Assembly (NCBI GenBank): GCA_044356725.1 | Contig: JBIKVS010000008.1 | Coordinates: 1-49,865 of the forward strand | Length of the DNA: 49,865 nucleotides | Reading direction: 5' to 3' | Origin: Minisyncoccia bacterium | GTDB lineage: Bacteria > Patescibacteriota > Minisyncoccia > SW-4-49-11 | Shown here: one piece after another, positions 17,838 through 26,986 of the stretch | Layout of the letters: each line of letters opens with the position of its first letter | How positions within the stretch are numbered: the stretch's first letter is position 1 | Made by a program: the position numbers and the translations under genes | Notes under the pieces: generated by a model | Database searches by the model: none | What the model was told of the DNA's origin: nothing | The model's input: only the letters and a program-made list of their open reading frames with translations

Positions 17838-19004
17838 CTAAACTTTAAATGATCGTATATATGTCATCATTTCTAAATAAAACTGCAAATTATGACGGCT
17901 AAGGTATTCTAATGCATATTGCTCTTTCACATTATACAAATGCCTGATATATGCTCTACTATAGTCTTGAGAACCTTGCCACTCAGCATAAGGGTCAATA
18001 GAACTAGTATCCTCTCTATGTATTAAATTTTGAATTTTAAGAATATCAAAGAATTTATTTACTGGGAGTTTAGCATCTTGGTTAGTAGCTTCTAAATCTC
18101 TTAAATATTGATGGACATCTTGCTCTTTATTATTTGATTTCCAAATATAAACTGTGCCATGACGAGCCTCTCTAGTAGGGATTACACAATCAAACATATC
18201 TACTCCCAGCGATGTTGCATAAACAATTTCCTCTGGTTTACCTAAGCCCATCAAATATCTTGGCTTATCTTCTGGTAAAAGTGGTGCCGTCCATTGTATA
18301 ACCTTTAAGACTTCTTCTCTAGATTCTCCTACTGATACTCCACCAATGGCATACCCATCAAAACCAATTTCTTGTAATTGAGCTAAACTTAATTTTCTTA
18401 AATCTTCATATATCCCCCCTTGTACAATACCAAATAAAAGTGGTCTAGATTGATCTGGTCTAGGGTTAGCTTGTAGTAATCTTTCTAGCTCATCTTTGGA
18501 CCTTTTCGCCCAACGAGTAGTTAATTCTAAAGATTTCAAGATATATGCTCTATCTGAGCCTCCAGGAGGACATTCATCTAAAACCATAATTATATCACTG
18601 CCCAGATAATATTGTGTTCTGATAGATTCTTCTGGACTTAAAAGATGTTCACTACCATCTAAATGAGACCTGAAATAAACTCCTTCTTCTGTGATTTTAT
18701 TAATTTTAGATAAACTAAATACTTGAAATCCACCACTATCTGTTAAAATAGCTTTTGGCCAATTTGTAAATTTATGAAGACCTCCTAATTTATTTACTAA
18801 TTCATAGCCTGGTTTTAGATAGAGATGATAAGTATTCATCAAAATAATATTGGTATCAAATTGATGATTCATCTCTTGATTGCCAATACCTCTAATACTA
18901 CCCTTTGTAGCTACAGGCATAAAAAATGGAGTTTTTAATTTAGCATTACCAGCATCTAGTATTCCATGCCTTAAGCTATGTACGGTATTTTTAAGTTCAA
19001 ACAT
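17838..19004 (-). CDS. tgt: tRNA-guanine transglycosylase
   Basis: TDSGGFQVFSL, FGIVQGG, KPRYLMG and DMFDCV. Confidence 0.96.
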   Translation of the reverse strand: MFELKNTVHSLRHGILDAGNAKLKTPFFMPVATKGSIRGIGNQEMNHQFDTNIILMNTYHLYLKPGYELVNKLGGLHKFTNWPKAILTDSGGFQVFSLSKINKITEEGVYFRSHLDGSEHLLSPEESIRTQYYLGSDIIMVLDECPPGGSDRAYILKSLELTTRWAKRSKDELERLLQANPRPDQSRPLLFGIVQGGIYEDLRKLSLAQLQEIGFDGYAIGGVSVGESREEVLKVIQWTAPLLPEDKPRYLMGLGKPEEIVYATSLGVDMFDCVIPTREARHGTVYIWKSNNKEQDVHQYLRDLEATNQDAKLPVNKFFDILKIQNLIHREDTSSIDPYAEWQGSQDYSRAYIRHLYNVKEQYALEYLSRHNLQFYLEMMTYIRSFKV

Positions 19005-19006
19005 AA

Positions 19007-20893
19007 TTACTCTTCTACAGTGAGGTCTCTTGCAACATCATTAGCTATAACTGCCTCTAGGTTACCAGATAAATCTATACTTGTAAAGTCATCTTTTCCT
19101 GTATAATTGATTCCACTTAATAATTGAGGGGTTCGTCCCACTTGATTAATAGTAGGGGTAATTCCTATCTGGAATACTGCTCTATATAGTGGCCTTAATA
19201 ATCCTGTATTAGCTGGAACTTTATCAACATTCCATATAATTTCTTTTGTTCTCTCATTGTAAGTTAAATCTCCATTTGTAGTAATTGTTTTTCCTGTCCA
19301 AACGACATTTTCTGGGAGAGTAGCTCTAAAAGCAACTCCTGATACATCATTAGTTAGATTTTGTATCTCTAAACTAACTGCAAAAGTGGTAGTTTGAGAT
19401 AATTTTAATGGCATAGGACCAGTATTAATAATAGAACTATCTCTACTAACATAAGAAATTGAGGCTTTTGGTATCATTCTTGTTGCTAGTTTTACTTCAC
19501 TAGAATTTCCCTGAATAATTTTATTGACTCCTAGTGTTGTAGGTACTTCATTACTTTCAAAGGTAACATTAGTTTTAATAATATAATTTACATCTTGAAA
19601 ATTTTCGATAGGAATTGTTCTTTTAACTGGGATATTAAAGCTAATTTCACCTTGTTCGTTTGGACCAAAAGTTTTAAGTTGAGGAATAGCATTAGCTCTC
19701 CATATAATAGTATTAGTACTAGGGTCAAACTCTGCACCTCTAACATTTAATTTACTTAAGTCCAATAATTTACTATCTAATTGTACCTTTAAAAAACCCT
19801 CCCCTATTCTAACTTGAGTATTATTTCTAAATGTTACAGTATAATTCAAACTATCCCCAGCCAAAGCAATAGTTGGACTAACTCTTTGTACAATGCTTAC
19901 ATAAGGAGAGCCTAAAGTAGTAGACTTTTGACTACTAGAGTAAAGAGTAAAAGCACCCTGTCTAGATTCCCCTATCTTGGCTTTTATAATTTTAATTTCT
20001 TGTTGATTACCACCTAAATTTCCAGCTATTGTAAATTCATATGACGATTTTGATTTTAAACTTGGAATTACAAATATATTTTTAGAGTTGCCGGTGGCTG
20101 GAACTGTTGAGGAAGTAAATGCAAAAGTATCTGGATATTCTAACTGTAGTTCTAGATTATTCAGATCATCATTACCTCGATTGTTAACAGATATAACATA
20201 ATTAACAACATCTCCTCCCACACTTTGTAGTGGAGCTTGTATATCTACTATAACTGGACTATCTGCAATCGTAGTTGCAAACTCAGTTTTAGACTCAAAG
20301 CTAGATGTCAGAATAGTTGGAACATAACTAAGTTTAGCCTTAATATTGTGGATGCTTCCTATTTCTCCTATTAATCTACCTTTAATTACAATCTCTCCTT
20401 TAGAGCGAGGTTCTAAGTCTGGTAATTCATATTCTCTAATTTCAGATTTAGTTTGGCCTAATATATCTAAGGAGGAATCTATCAAGGCATTTGGGACCTC
20501 TACTGTTATTGTAGGATTTTTAAGAGCTACTAAATTATCATTTTTATATGTCAAAGTATATAAGACCTCTTCCCCAGCTGATACTTGATTAGAACCTGAT
20601 ACTTCCAAGACTACTCGTTTATCTGAAAATCTTTGCTGATTCAACTGATAAAAAAAGCCTATGACAAGCCCAACTCCTAATAATCCAGTTAAAATAATAC
20701 TATAAAGTGTGATTTTTTTCTTATGCTTTTGAAAAAAAGGTTGTGCTGCTTCTTCAAATGGCTTAAACTCAGTAGGATTGGGCTGATTATGTTTAGCATA
20801 AACACTATAAGGAGTGTTATTAACTCTTTCTTTGTCTAATTCAGCTTGATTTTCTTTCTTATAAATTTGCTTCTCAATATCTTCCAATGCCAT
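19007..20893 (-). CDS. Membrane-anchored multi-Ig (DUF11-like) surface protein
   Basis: N-terminal TM helix followed by repeated G-x-x-V-x-Y-x-I-x-x-x-N Ig-like units. Confidence 0.75.
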   Translation of the reverse strand: MALEDIEKQIYKKENQAELDKERVNNTPYSVYAKHNQPNPTEFKPFEEAAQPFFQKHKKKITLYSIILTGLLGVGLVIGFFYQLNQQRFSDKRVVLEVSGSNQVSAGEEVLYTLTYKNDNLVALKNPTITVEVPNALIDSSLDILGQTKSEIREYELPDLEPRSKGEIVIKGRLIGEIGSIHNIKAKLSYVPTILTSSFESKTEFATTIADSPVIVDIQAPLQSVGGDVVNYVISVNNRGNDDLNNLELQLEYPDTFAFTSSTVPATGNSKNIFVIPSLKSKSSYEFTIAGNLGGNQQEIKIIKAKIGESRQGAFTLYSSSQKSTTLGSPYVSIVQRVSPTIALAGDSLNYTVTFRNNTQVRIGEGFLKVQLDSKLLDLSKLNVRGAEFDPSTNTIIWRANAIPQLKTFGPNEQGEISFNIPVKRTIPIENFQDVNYIIKTNVTFESNEVPTTLGVNKIIQGNSSEVKLATRMIPKASISYVSRDSSIINTGPMPLKLSQTTTFAVSLEIQNLTNDVSGVAFRATLPENVVWTGKTITTNGDLTYNERTKEIIWNVDKVPANTGLLRPLYRAVFQIGITPTINQVGRTPQLLSGINYTGKDDFTSIDLSGNLEAVIANDVARDLTVEE

Positions 20894-20937
20894 ATGTTTA
20901 TTTTATTTAATTATATCTAAAATTAATTATATCATAT

Positions 20938-21645
20938 TTACTTAATAAGATTCAAGGAGTTACTTTTCAAACGATACCAATTGAGCTGATATTGTACAAG
21001 CTTCCACGGAAAATCTTTAGCTTCTAGCCAAACACCTTTTTGCCATTGTCTTAATATATAAATTAATTCACTACTAATAGGCACATAATCTTCAAAGTCA
21101 ATCTTTAAATCTGATACAACTAAGCCTCCAGCCCGAATACTAATACCAAAATCTTTAGCTTTAGTCACTCCCGTGACTACACAATGTGACAAGTTAATTC
21201 CGTATCCCAAAGAGTATAATAGTCTAGTTAATAACCATCCAATCACCAATTGATATTGATTAGAGTGTTTTTTTACTAATTCTATATAGTATTCAATACA
21301 TTCAAAGACTTGTGTATCTGTATGATTTTCATCAGTGAGCTGATCTAATAACTCGAAAATCACCCCCATTAAAGCGGTCGACTTTAAGTCTAAATATAAA
21401 TCAGCATAAGAATCTAAATCTTTAATCGCAATTAAACGAGATGTATTCCTGCCTACAATAAACTCTATCTCTGACTTACCCCAATCATATAATCTATATT
21501 GTAACTTGGAGGTAGATTTTTTAATCCCCTTTAATAATAGCGTTTGTTTACCATAATTTTTGGTATAGAACACCCCCAATCTATCTACATCTGGTAAATC
21601 TATTTGTTTAATCAAATAGGCCTCACTATGATGTATAATAGCCAT
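20938..21645 (-). CDS. recO: DNA repair protein RecO
   Basis: DRLGVFYTKNYGK...KGIKKSTSKL OB-fold; LGYGINLSHC. Confidence 0.85.
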   Translation of the reverse strand: MAIIHHSEAYLIKQIDLPDVDRLGVFYTKNYGKQTLLLKGIKKSTSKLQYRLYDWGKSEIEFIVGRNTSRLIAIKDLDSYADLYLDLKSTALMGVIFELLDQLTDENHTDTQVFECIEYYIELVKKHSNQYQLVIGWLLTRLLYSLGYGINLSHCVVTGVTKAKDFGISIRAGGLVVSDLKIDFEDYVPISSELIYILRQWQKGVWLEAKDFPWKLVQYQLNWYRLKSNSLNLIK

Positions 21646-21649
21646 ATAA

Positions 21650-23425
21650 TTAGACCTCTATAATCACCGGTATAATCATTGGCCTTCTATGAGTGGTTTT
21701 GAATAGGAATAAACCTAAATCTTCTCGAATAGCTTGTTGTAAATATTCAATACTTTGATTCTCACCCCCCTTGGCTAATTTTTGCTCAATATTTTCTCTA
21801 ACTTTTTCTTTAATAGAATCTAGTAATTTAGTCGAAGTTTGAATATGTACAAAACCTTTAGATACTATTTCTGGGTCTCTTATAATTTTAGCTTGCTGTA
21901 AATTTAATAGTATAACAATAGTCAAAATTCCATCTTGAGCTAAAGATTGCCTATCTCTAATAACAACTTCTTTTAAGTCACCTACTCCTAGACCATCAAC
22001 CATCATATTGCTGGCATTGACTTTCTCAGTAGTTACTCTTGCTTCACCTTTATACACCTGAATTACTCTTCCATTATCTGTGAGTAGGATATTATCTCTT
22101 GACATACCAACTTCTTGTGCTAAATCTGAATGTGATTTGAGAGCATAAAAATCTCCATAAATAGGTTGTAAATATTTGGGACGAATGATTTCTAATAACT
22201 GCTTTAAGTCGTCCTTATGAGCATGCCCAGACACATGAACTTCCATCATTTTCCAGTGAATAATATTGGCTCTTTGTTTAGCTAATGCATCTTTAATTTT
22301 TTGTACCGATTCTTCATTCCCAGGCACCACAGAGGATGAAAATACCACCGTATCTCCCGGTTCAATTTGAAAGTTACGATGCTCTTTATTAGCCATTCTA
22401 GTTAAGGCTGACCTCTCATCTCCTTGAGCTCCCGTACAGATTATTGTTAAATTCTCGGCTGGCATTTTACTAGCCTCCTGAGCGGTAATTATAGTCTGTG
22501 GAGAGAATTTAGCATAGCCTATTTCATGTAAAATCTGAATATTAGTTTTCATACTAAATCCCTCAATTACTACTTTACGATTATACTTCTCAGATAAATT
22601 AATCATTTGCTGAATACGGTTCAAAGTACTAGAAAAAGTAGTCACAATAATTTTACCCGTAGCATTCTCAAATATATGGTCAATATTATTCTGAATAGTC
22701 ATTTCAGATACTAATCTACCTGGTTTAAAGGCACTAGTACTGTCTGAGAGTAACAATAATACTCCTTCATCTCCAATTTTTTTATACATTTCTAAGTCTG
22801 CTGGGGCTTCTCCAACAGGAGTTGCATCAATCTTAAAATCTCCTGTATGTAGAATCACACCTTCTGGAGTTTCAATTTTGATCATAGTTGAATCTGGAAT
22901 GCTATGATTAATATGCAAAAATGTAACTGTAAAGACTCCAAATCTCAACTTTTCATTAAGTTTAGCAACATGTCCATTCAGTGAAGGTAAATTGGTAAAT
23001 TCACTTTGTCTTCTTTGCATCATAGCTAAAGGTAAGGCTGGAGCATAAATAGGAGGATTTCCAATCATAGACATTACTTGAGAAACTCCTCCAATATGAT
23101 CCATATGTCCATGAGTAATCAAAACAGCTCTAATATTATCTTCCTTACCCTTAAAATAGCTAGGGTTAGGGATAATATAATCAATTCCAGGTTGATCCTC
23201 TTCTGGGAATTTCATACCGATATCTATTACAAGAATATCTTTACCGTATTCTATTACGGTCATATTTCTTCCTCCAATTTCTTCAGACCCACCTAAGGGA
23301 ATAATTTTTAAAATATTATCTTTCGTATCAAATGGTTCTTTAGCATTAAGATACTGGTCAGCTTTGTGGCTTAAATCCTTCACAAAGGTAGTTCCTCTTT
23401 TCATCTTAGAGTTATTAGCTTTCAT
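21650..23425 (-). CDS. rnj: Ribonuclease J, catalytically intact
   Basis: THGHMDH, HSIPD, HTGDFK and HVSGH; ATG 23425 is the likely start. Confidence 0.95.
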   Translation of the reverse strand: MKANNSKMKRGTTFVKDLSHKADQYLNAKEPFDTKDNILKIIPLGGSEEIGGRNMTVIEYGKDILVIDIGMKFPEEDQPGIDYIIPNPSYFKGKEDNIRAVLITHGHMDHIGGVSQVMSMIGNPPIYAPALPLAMMQRRQSEFTNLPSLNGHVAKLNEKLRFGVFTVTFLHINHSIPDSTMIKIETPEGVILHTGDFKIDATPVGEAPADLEMYKKIGDEGVLLLLSDSTSAFKPGRLVSEMTIQNNIDHIFENATGKIIVTTFSSTLNRIQQMINLSEKYNRKVVIEGFSMKTNIQILHEIGYAKFSPQTIITAQEASKMPAENLTIICTGAQGDERSALTRMANKEHRNFQIEPGDTVVFSSSVVPGNEESVQKIKDALAKQRANIIHWKMMEVHVSGHAHKDDLKQLLEIIRPKYLQPIYGDFYALKSHSDLAQEVGMSRDNILLTDNGRVIQVYKGEARVTTEKVNASNMMVDGLGVGDLKEVVIRDRQSLAQDGILTIVILLNLQQAKIIRDPEIVSKGFVHIQTSTKLLDSIKEKVRENIEQKLAKGGENQSIEYLQQAIREDLGLFLFKTTHRRPMIIPVIIEV

Positions 23426-23426
23426 A

Positions 23427-25193
23427 TTAAACATTAATTATTATTGGTAAAATCATTGGTCTTCTTTCAGTTTTGGTCAACAGCAATCTAGATATATTTT
23501 CTCTCACTTCATCTCTCACATAATCTAAGTTAACTTCATCAGATTCTTGAATTAAAGTAGTAATGATCAATCTTGCTTGTTCTTTAATTTCATCAAATAA
23601 TTTGGATGATGATTCATTATCTACAAAACCTTTAGACTCTAAGACTATATCATTTAACATACTCCTAGATTGCAAATCCACCAAAGCAATAATATGTAAT
23701 ATACCTTCCTCTGCCATAGATTTTCTGTCGTGAATAACTACATTAGTTAAATCTCCAACTCCAAGACCATCTACAATTATATCTGAAGCTGGTACTTTTT
23801 CTGGAGTAATTCTTCTCTGCTTATAGTCAAATAGTATTACTTTGCCATTCATACCTACTACAACATTACGGTCTGGATAACCTCCTTTAATCGCAATATC
23901 TCCATTGGATCTTAGTAAGTGATGAGACCCTGTAATAGGAATATAATATTTTGGCCTTACAGCTTTTAGTACAGCCAAAGTATCTTCATATCTAGCATAG
24001 GATCCATATCTAGTATCTAATTCCTGATAATATTCTACAAAAGCTCCTAATTTAGCAAAGTTATCATTAACTTTTGATACAGATCTAGCATTTCCTGGAA
24101 CCAAATCAGCTGGATACACTACAATGTCACCAGTCTGAATGCTAAAGGCCTGATGGTCTCCATTAGCCAGTCTCATTAAATGAGGAATATCATCTCCATG
24201 AGAACCAGCAATTAATACTACCAACTTTTCTCTTGGTATCTCAGACAAGCCACTCGGACCAACAATAGTTCCGGATTTTATCTTAATAAGTCCTTTTTTA
24301 CGAGATGTATTAAATGTATTAAGTAAACTCTTACCTTCAATGAATAGATGTTTATTATTACTTTCTACCGAATTTACAATTTGCTGCATTCTACTAATCA
24401 TCGATGGGAAAGTAGAAATATAAACTGTACCTGTGTTTTTAGCAATAATTGAATTGATATGTGACTCTATGGATGCTTCTGTAGGTGCAAATCCTTGCGA
24501 TTCACTAGCCACACTACCGGTTAATAAGGCAAAGGCATCTGAGCCAGCTAAATCTCTAATATAATCTAATAACTCTGATTTATCTGATGTTTTACTATCT
24601 AATTTATAACTAGATAAGTAAAAAACTTTACCCTGCATAGTATATACACATAGTCCAATAGATCCAATCACATTAAATGGGGTTGGGAAAACATTAACTT
24701 TAAATGACCCCACTCTAATTGAATTATATGGTTTGATAATATGTTTTTTATACTTTATACCTTGCGAATAAAAGTCATGCCGAGACTCTAAAATAGCAAA
24801 TAAAGCCTCAGTGGCATAAATGTGCAGGTTAGGGAATAAATGCAAAAGATAAGGCACCGCTCCAATATGGTCTGGATGTGGAGAAGTTAGTACAACTCCT
24901 TTAACTTTACTAATATTATTTTTAAGATATTGAGTATTAGGAATAAGATAATCAATTCCAGGTTGATTCACTCCCGGCATTTGAAGCCCCATATCTATAA
25001 TAAGAATATCATTTTCTTGTTCCAAAATATACATATTCTTACCAACTCCATCTAATCCTCCCAAAGGAATTATCTTCAGAGCTTGTCTGGAAGTCTCAGG
25101 AATTGTTCTTTTTTGGGCAAAATTTTTACCCTGAGCACGTGAACGATTAGTACGTACATTTGCTTTAGTATGAAATCTTTTTGATTGCATCAT
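23427..25193 (-). CDS. Ribonuclease J paralog with degenerate active site
   Basis: IIPLGGL, DGLGVGD and RRPMILP retained; metal ligands replaced (SPHPDH, LSSYK, YGSY). Confidence 0.9.
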   Translation of the reverse strand: MMQSKRFHTKANVRTNRSRAQGKNFAQKRTIPETSRQALKIIPLGGLDGVGKNMYILEQENDILIIDMGLQMPGVNQPGIDYLIPNTQYLKNNISKVKGVVLTSPHPDHIGAVPYLLHLFPNLHIYATEALFAILESRHDFYSQGIKYKKHIIKPYNSIRVGSFKVNVFPTPFNVIGSIGLCVYTMQGKVFYLSSYKLDSKTSDKSELLDYIRDLAGSDAFALLTGSVASESQGFAPTEASIESHINSIIAKNTGTVYISTFPSMISRMQQIVNSVESNNKHLFIEGKSLLNTFNTSRKKGLIKIKSGTIVGPSGLSEIPREKLVVLIAGSHGDDIPHLMRLANGDHQAFSIQTGDIVVYPADLVPGNARSVSKVNDNFAKLGAFVEYYQELDTRYGSYARYEDTLAVLKAVRPKYYIPITGSHHLLRSNGDIAIKGGYPDRNVVVGMNGKVILFDYKQRRITPEKVPASDIIVDGLGVGDLTNVVIHDRKSMAEEGILHIIALVDLQSRSMLNDIVLESKGFVDNESSSKLFDEIKEQARLIITTLIQESDEVNLDYVRDEVRENISRLLLTKTERRPMILPIIINV

Positions 25194-25363
25194 ATACTAT
25201 ATTTAATAAAATTATTATTATTTTCTTTAAGAGCTTCTTTAATCTGCTTATAATATAAAATAAAGTGTGTTTTCAAACAGAAATGTGTTTTACTCTAAAA
25301 AAATGTAGACTCTAGAGAATTGAACTCTAATTTACTCCTGATTAGTAAAGTCTGTATTTAAAA

Positions 25364-25645
25364 TTAATTTGATTCTTTAACTTTAGCTCTAGTGATAGAT
25401 ATTTTTGATCCTTCAATAATATTGTTTTTAACTAAAAGATTATGCACGGTTTGTGAAGGTTGAGCTCCAACAGAAATCCAATATTTAATTCTCTCAGCAT
25501 TCAAGGTATTATCTTTGTTACCAGGATTATACATACCTAAAGACTCAATAAATTTACCTTTCACCGGACGTGTTTTCTCAGCCACTACAACTTTATAAAT
25601 AGGGGTATTCTTCTTACCAACTCGAGCTAATCTAATTCTTAACAT
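25364..25645 (-). CDS. rpsP: 30S ribosomal protein S16
   Basis: MLRIRLARVGKK, GAQPSQTV. Confidence 0.97.
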   Translation of the reverse strand: MLRIRLARVGKKNTPIYKVVVAEKTRPVKGKFIESLGMYNPGNKDNTLNAERIKYWISVGAQPSQTVHNLLVKNNIIEGSKISITRAKVKESN

Positions 25646-25682
25646 AATTGAAAATAAAAAATTTATACATTTATTAGTAGTA

Positions 25683-25747
25683 ATTATATCATATTATTAT
25701 AATATTGTCAATTATTTGTATAGGACGAATACATCGTAGATAAATTA
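25683..25747 (-). promoter_or_regulatory. rpsP promoter plus 33-bp upstream element
   Basis: TTGACA-17 nt-TATAAT (25711-25683); element 25715-25747 is repeated at 49728-49760. Confidence 0.75.
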
Positions 25748-25803
25748 TTAAGTAAATGGGATAAACAAATTAAAGAAATAAACCGAGTATTAGGTGAGTA
25801 ACT

Positions 25804-26047
25804 GTCCTCCTTTGGAGGAGGTGGCACCGTAGGTGACGGAGGAGGACTAAGTCTAATGTTGTTGTTATAAAGTTTATTCTAATATTTTAGTATTTTAAGT
25901 ATAGTCCTCCCTCCCCCGTCGCAAATAGAATGTGCTCCTGTGAAACCTCTCGGTTTCCCAACCTTCCTCTACAGGAAAACTCCCGTTTTCCCGCCCCCTT
26001 TCCCAAAGGCTAAAGCCTTTTTACGGGTACTCCCTCCTAAGGGAGAC
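25804..26047. repeat. Inverted pair of GC-rich palindromic elements; the second carries an insertion of about 100 nt
   Basis: Reverse complement of 25804-25847 matches 11899-11940; the ends of 25904-26047 match 12017-12074. Confidence 0.7.
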
Positions 26048-26111
26048 AAAATAAATTTCAAGCTTAAAACAATACCTATGATGTTTCTCATCTTTTTCAC
26101 TAACACTATTA

Positions 26112-26975
26112 TTAAATTTTAATCTGCTTTATATGCTCATTGACTTTTGACCCTATTTCAGGATGTTGTAAGCTAAAGTCTATGACAGCTTGTATATAAC
26201 CTAATTTATCTCCACAATCATATCGTTTACCTTCTATTTCATAGCCATATAGTGGGTTGGTTTTTAATATTTCTATAAAAGCATGATCTAATCCTAGCTC
26301 TCCTGTGACCGAGTTTTTCATTTGCTCTAATTTATCAAAAATAGCTGGAGTGATAATATATTTTCCAATAACTGCTAAATCTGAATTAGTATCTTCTGGT
26401 TTTGGCTTCTCTACAAATTGATTAATTTCAAACAATCTATCATTAACTTGCGTTCCCTCAATAATACCATACTTGAATACTTCAGAATGAGGCACTTTTG
26501 TCAAAGCAATAACTGGGTCTTGATACCTATTATATACCTCAATTAACTGCCCGATAGCTGGTATATCTGAGGCAACTATATCATCCTCGAATAATACAGC
26601 ACAAGGCTCATCTCCTATAAAACTTCTAGTGGCTAAAACCGCATCTCCGTTCCCGCGTGCATATCTTTGCCTAACGAAGAAAAATTCTGCCATATCAGCT
26701 ATGTCTCTAACCTGACCTAAGACTTCTTCTTTCCCTTTTTGTTCTAATAGATATTCAAGTTCAAAATGGGAATCAAAATGATCCTCAATAGCCCTCTTAC
26801 CTTTACCTGTGACAAATATAATTTGCTCAATACCTGCCTTGACTGCCTCTTCTACCAAGTATTGTACAATTGGCTTATCTACCAATGGAAGCATAGCCTT
26901 AGGTTGAGCTTTAGTAGCTGGTAAAAATCTAGTCCCAAATCCTGCGACCGTGATAATTGCTTTTCTAACTTTCAT
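26112..26975 (-). CDS. galU: UTP--glucose-1-phosphate uridylyltransferase
   Basis: AGFGTRFLPATKAQPK, VEKP and RYDCGDKLGY. Confidence 0.93.
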   Translation of the reverse strand: MKVRKAIITVAGFGTRFLPATKAQPKAMLPLVDKPIVQYLVEEAVKAGIEQIIFVTGKGKRAIEDHFDSHFELEYLLEQKGKEEVLGQVRDIADMAEFFFVRQRYARGNGDAVLATRSFIGDEPCAVLFEDDIVASDIPAIGQLIEVYNRYQDPVIALTKVPHSEVFKYGIIEGTQVNDRLFEINQFVEKPKPEDTNSDLAVIGKYIITPAIFDKLEQMKNSVTGELGLDHAFIEILKTNPLYGYEIEGKRYDCGDKLGYIQAVIDFSLQHPEIGSKVNEHIKQIKI

Positions 26976-26986
26976 AATATTTGACT

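Noticed and set aside
25940-26122. 60-aa ORF
   Set aside because: Runs through the palindromic repeat; the Pro/Phe-rich translation reflects repeat composition
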